From the NCBI GenBank assembly GCA_017499595.2, contig CM039009.1, forward strand, positions 930,001 to 994,000: a DNA stretch of 64,000 bases, in the 5' to 3' direction. Shown here piece after piece: positions 63,497 through 64,000 of the stretch (position 1 is the first letter of the stretch; the number at the start of each line of letters is the position of its first letter). Source of the DNA: Psilocybe cubensis (Eukaryota). The notes under the pieces were generated by a model. It was not told where the DNA came from. It ran no database searches and worked only from the letters and a program-made list of their open reading frames with translations. Both the position numbers and the translations under genes were made by a program.

Positions 63497-64000
63497 CTAT
63501 TGCGCGACAAGCTTGTCCAACCATTCCACCAACTCCTCCGCCCAATCTTCTCCTACACCAGTGCTCAGCGCCCAGTTTAGACTGATATGATTGTGTCCTT
63601 TGGCAACAATCTTCTTCACATCCTCGCCAGTTTTATCTTTGACCTCCTTGTGGAAAGAAACGCCAGCATCAAGTAGCCAGTCGGGTTCATTCTCCCCTTC
63701 CACCATCAAAATTTTAGGCAATGTCTCCGCAAAGCTCTTCGACAACTTTCGATAAAAGAGCATCGGGGCATTCGCATGAACGAGTTCTATAGTCCCGCCA
63801 TAATAATGGATGTGGATCGGAGCAGTAGGCCAGTCCACGGTCATCATCGATAAATCATATGGCGGTGACTCCAAGATAGTCGCCACAATTCTCTTTCTGA
63901 GCTCGTCGTCCTCCGCCAGGACATTCGTATCCCACACCATGGTCGCGACATGCGCCGCCCCCGCAGAATGACCCATGAGCGCGATCTTCTCGAGATCAGG
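63497..64000 (-). CDS. Alpha/beta-hydrolase (esterase), 5' part outside the window
   Basis: IALMGHSAGAAH nucleophile elbow and GHNHIS catalytic His motif. Confidence 0.8.
   Translation of the reverse strand, partial: PDLEKIALMGHSAGAAHVATMVWDTNVLAEDDELRKRIVATILESPPYDLSMMTVDWPTAPIHIHYYGGTIELVHANAPMLFYRKLSKSFAETLPKILMVEGENEPDWLLDAGVSFHKEVKDKTGEDVKKIVAKGHNHISLNWALSTGVGEDWAEELVEWLDKLVAQ

Overview
Eukaryotic, intron-rich fungal DNA with mostly ~50-60 nt GT-AG introns; the gene families point to an agaricomycete (mushroom-forming basidiomycete), which is an inference. About 27 protein genes can be modelled by eye. Conserved housekeeping genes are NC2-alpha/BUR6, SLD5, DAP1, ERG25, an AzgA-type purine permease, an SDR, EPL1, CFIm25/NUDT21, a VSB1-like SulP-STAS-cNMP transporter, AUR1, an ornithine cyclodeaminase/mu-crystallin and two alpha/beta-hydrolases. 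They are interleaved with seven divergent, nearly intronless F-box-like/LRR genes (six within 42-61 kb), a fungal SLATT two-TM effector gene, a PriA/CPL1-type secreted protein with KR-flanked YPSGY repeats, and an 8-Cys GPI-type protein. Non-coding highlights: a 987-bp non-autonomous hAT-like transposon with 24-bp TIRs and a perfect 8-bp TSD, a candidate H/ACA snoRNA in NC2-alpha intron 1, a ~360-nt strongly structured element in an oversized CFIm25 intron, an SRE-like motif upstream of ERG25, and a decayed duplicate of an AT-hook gene. All exon models and family calls were made by eye from remembered motifs; no database search or folding program was run.
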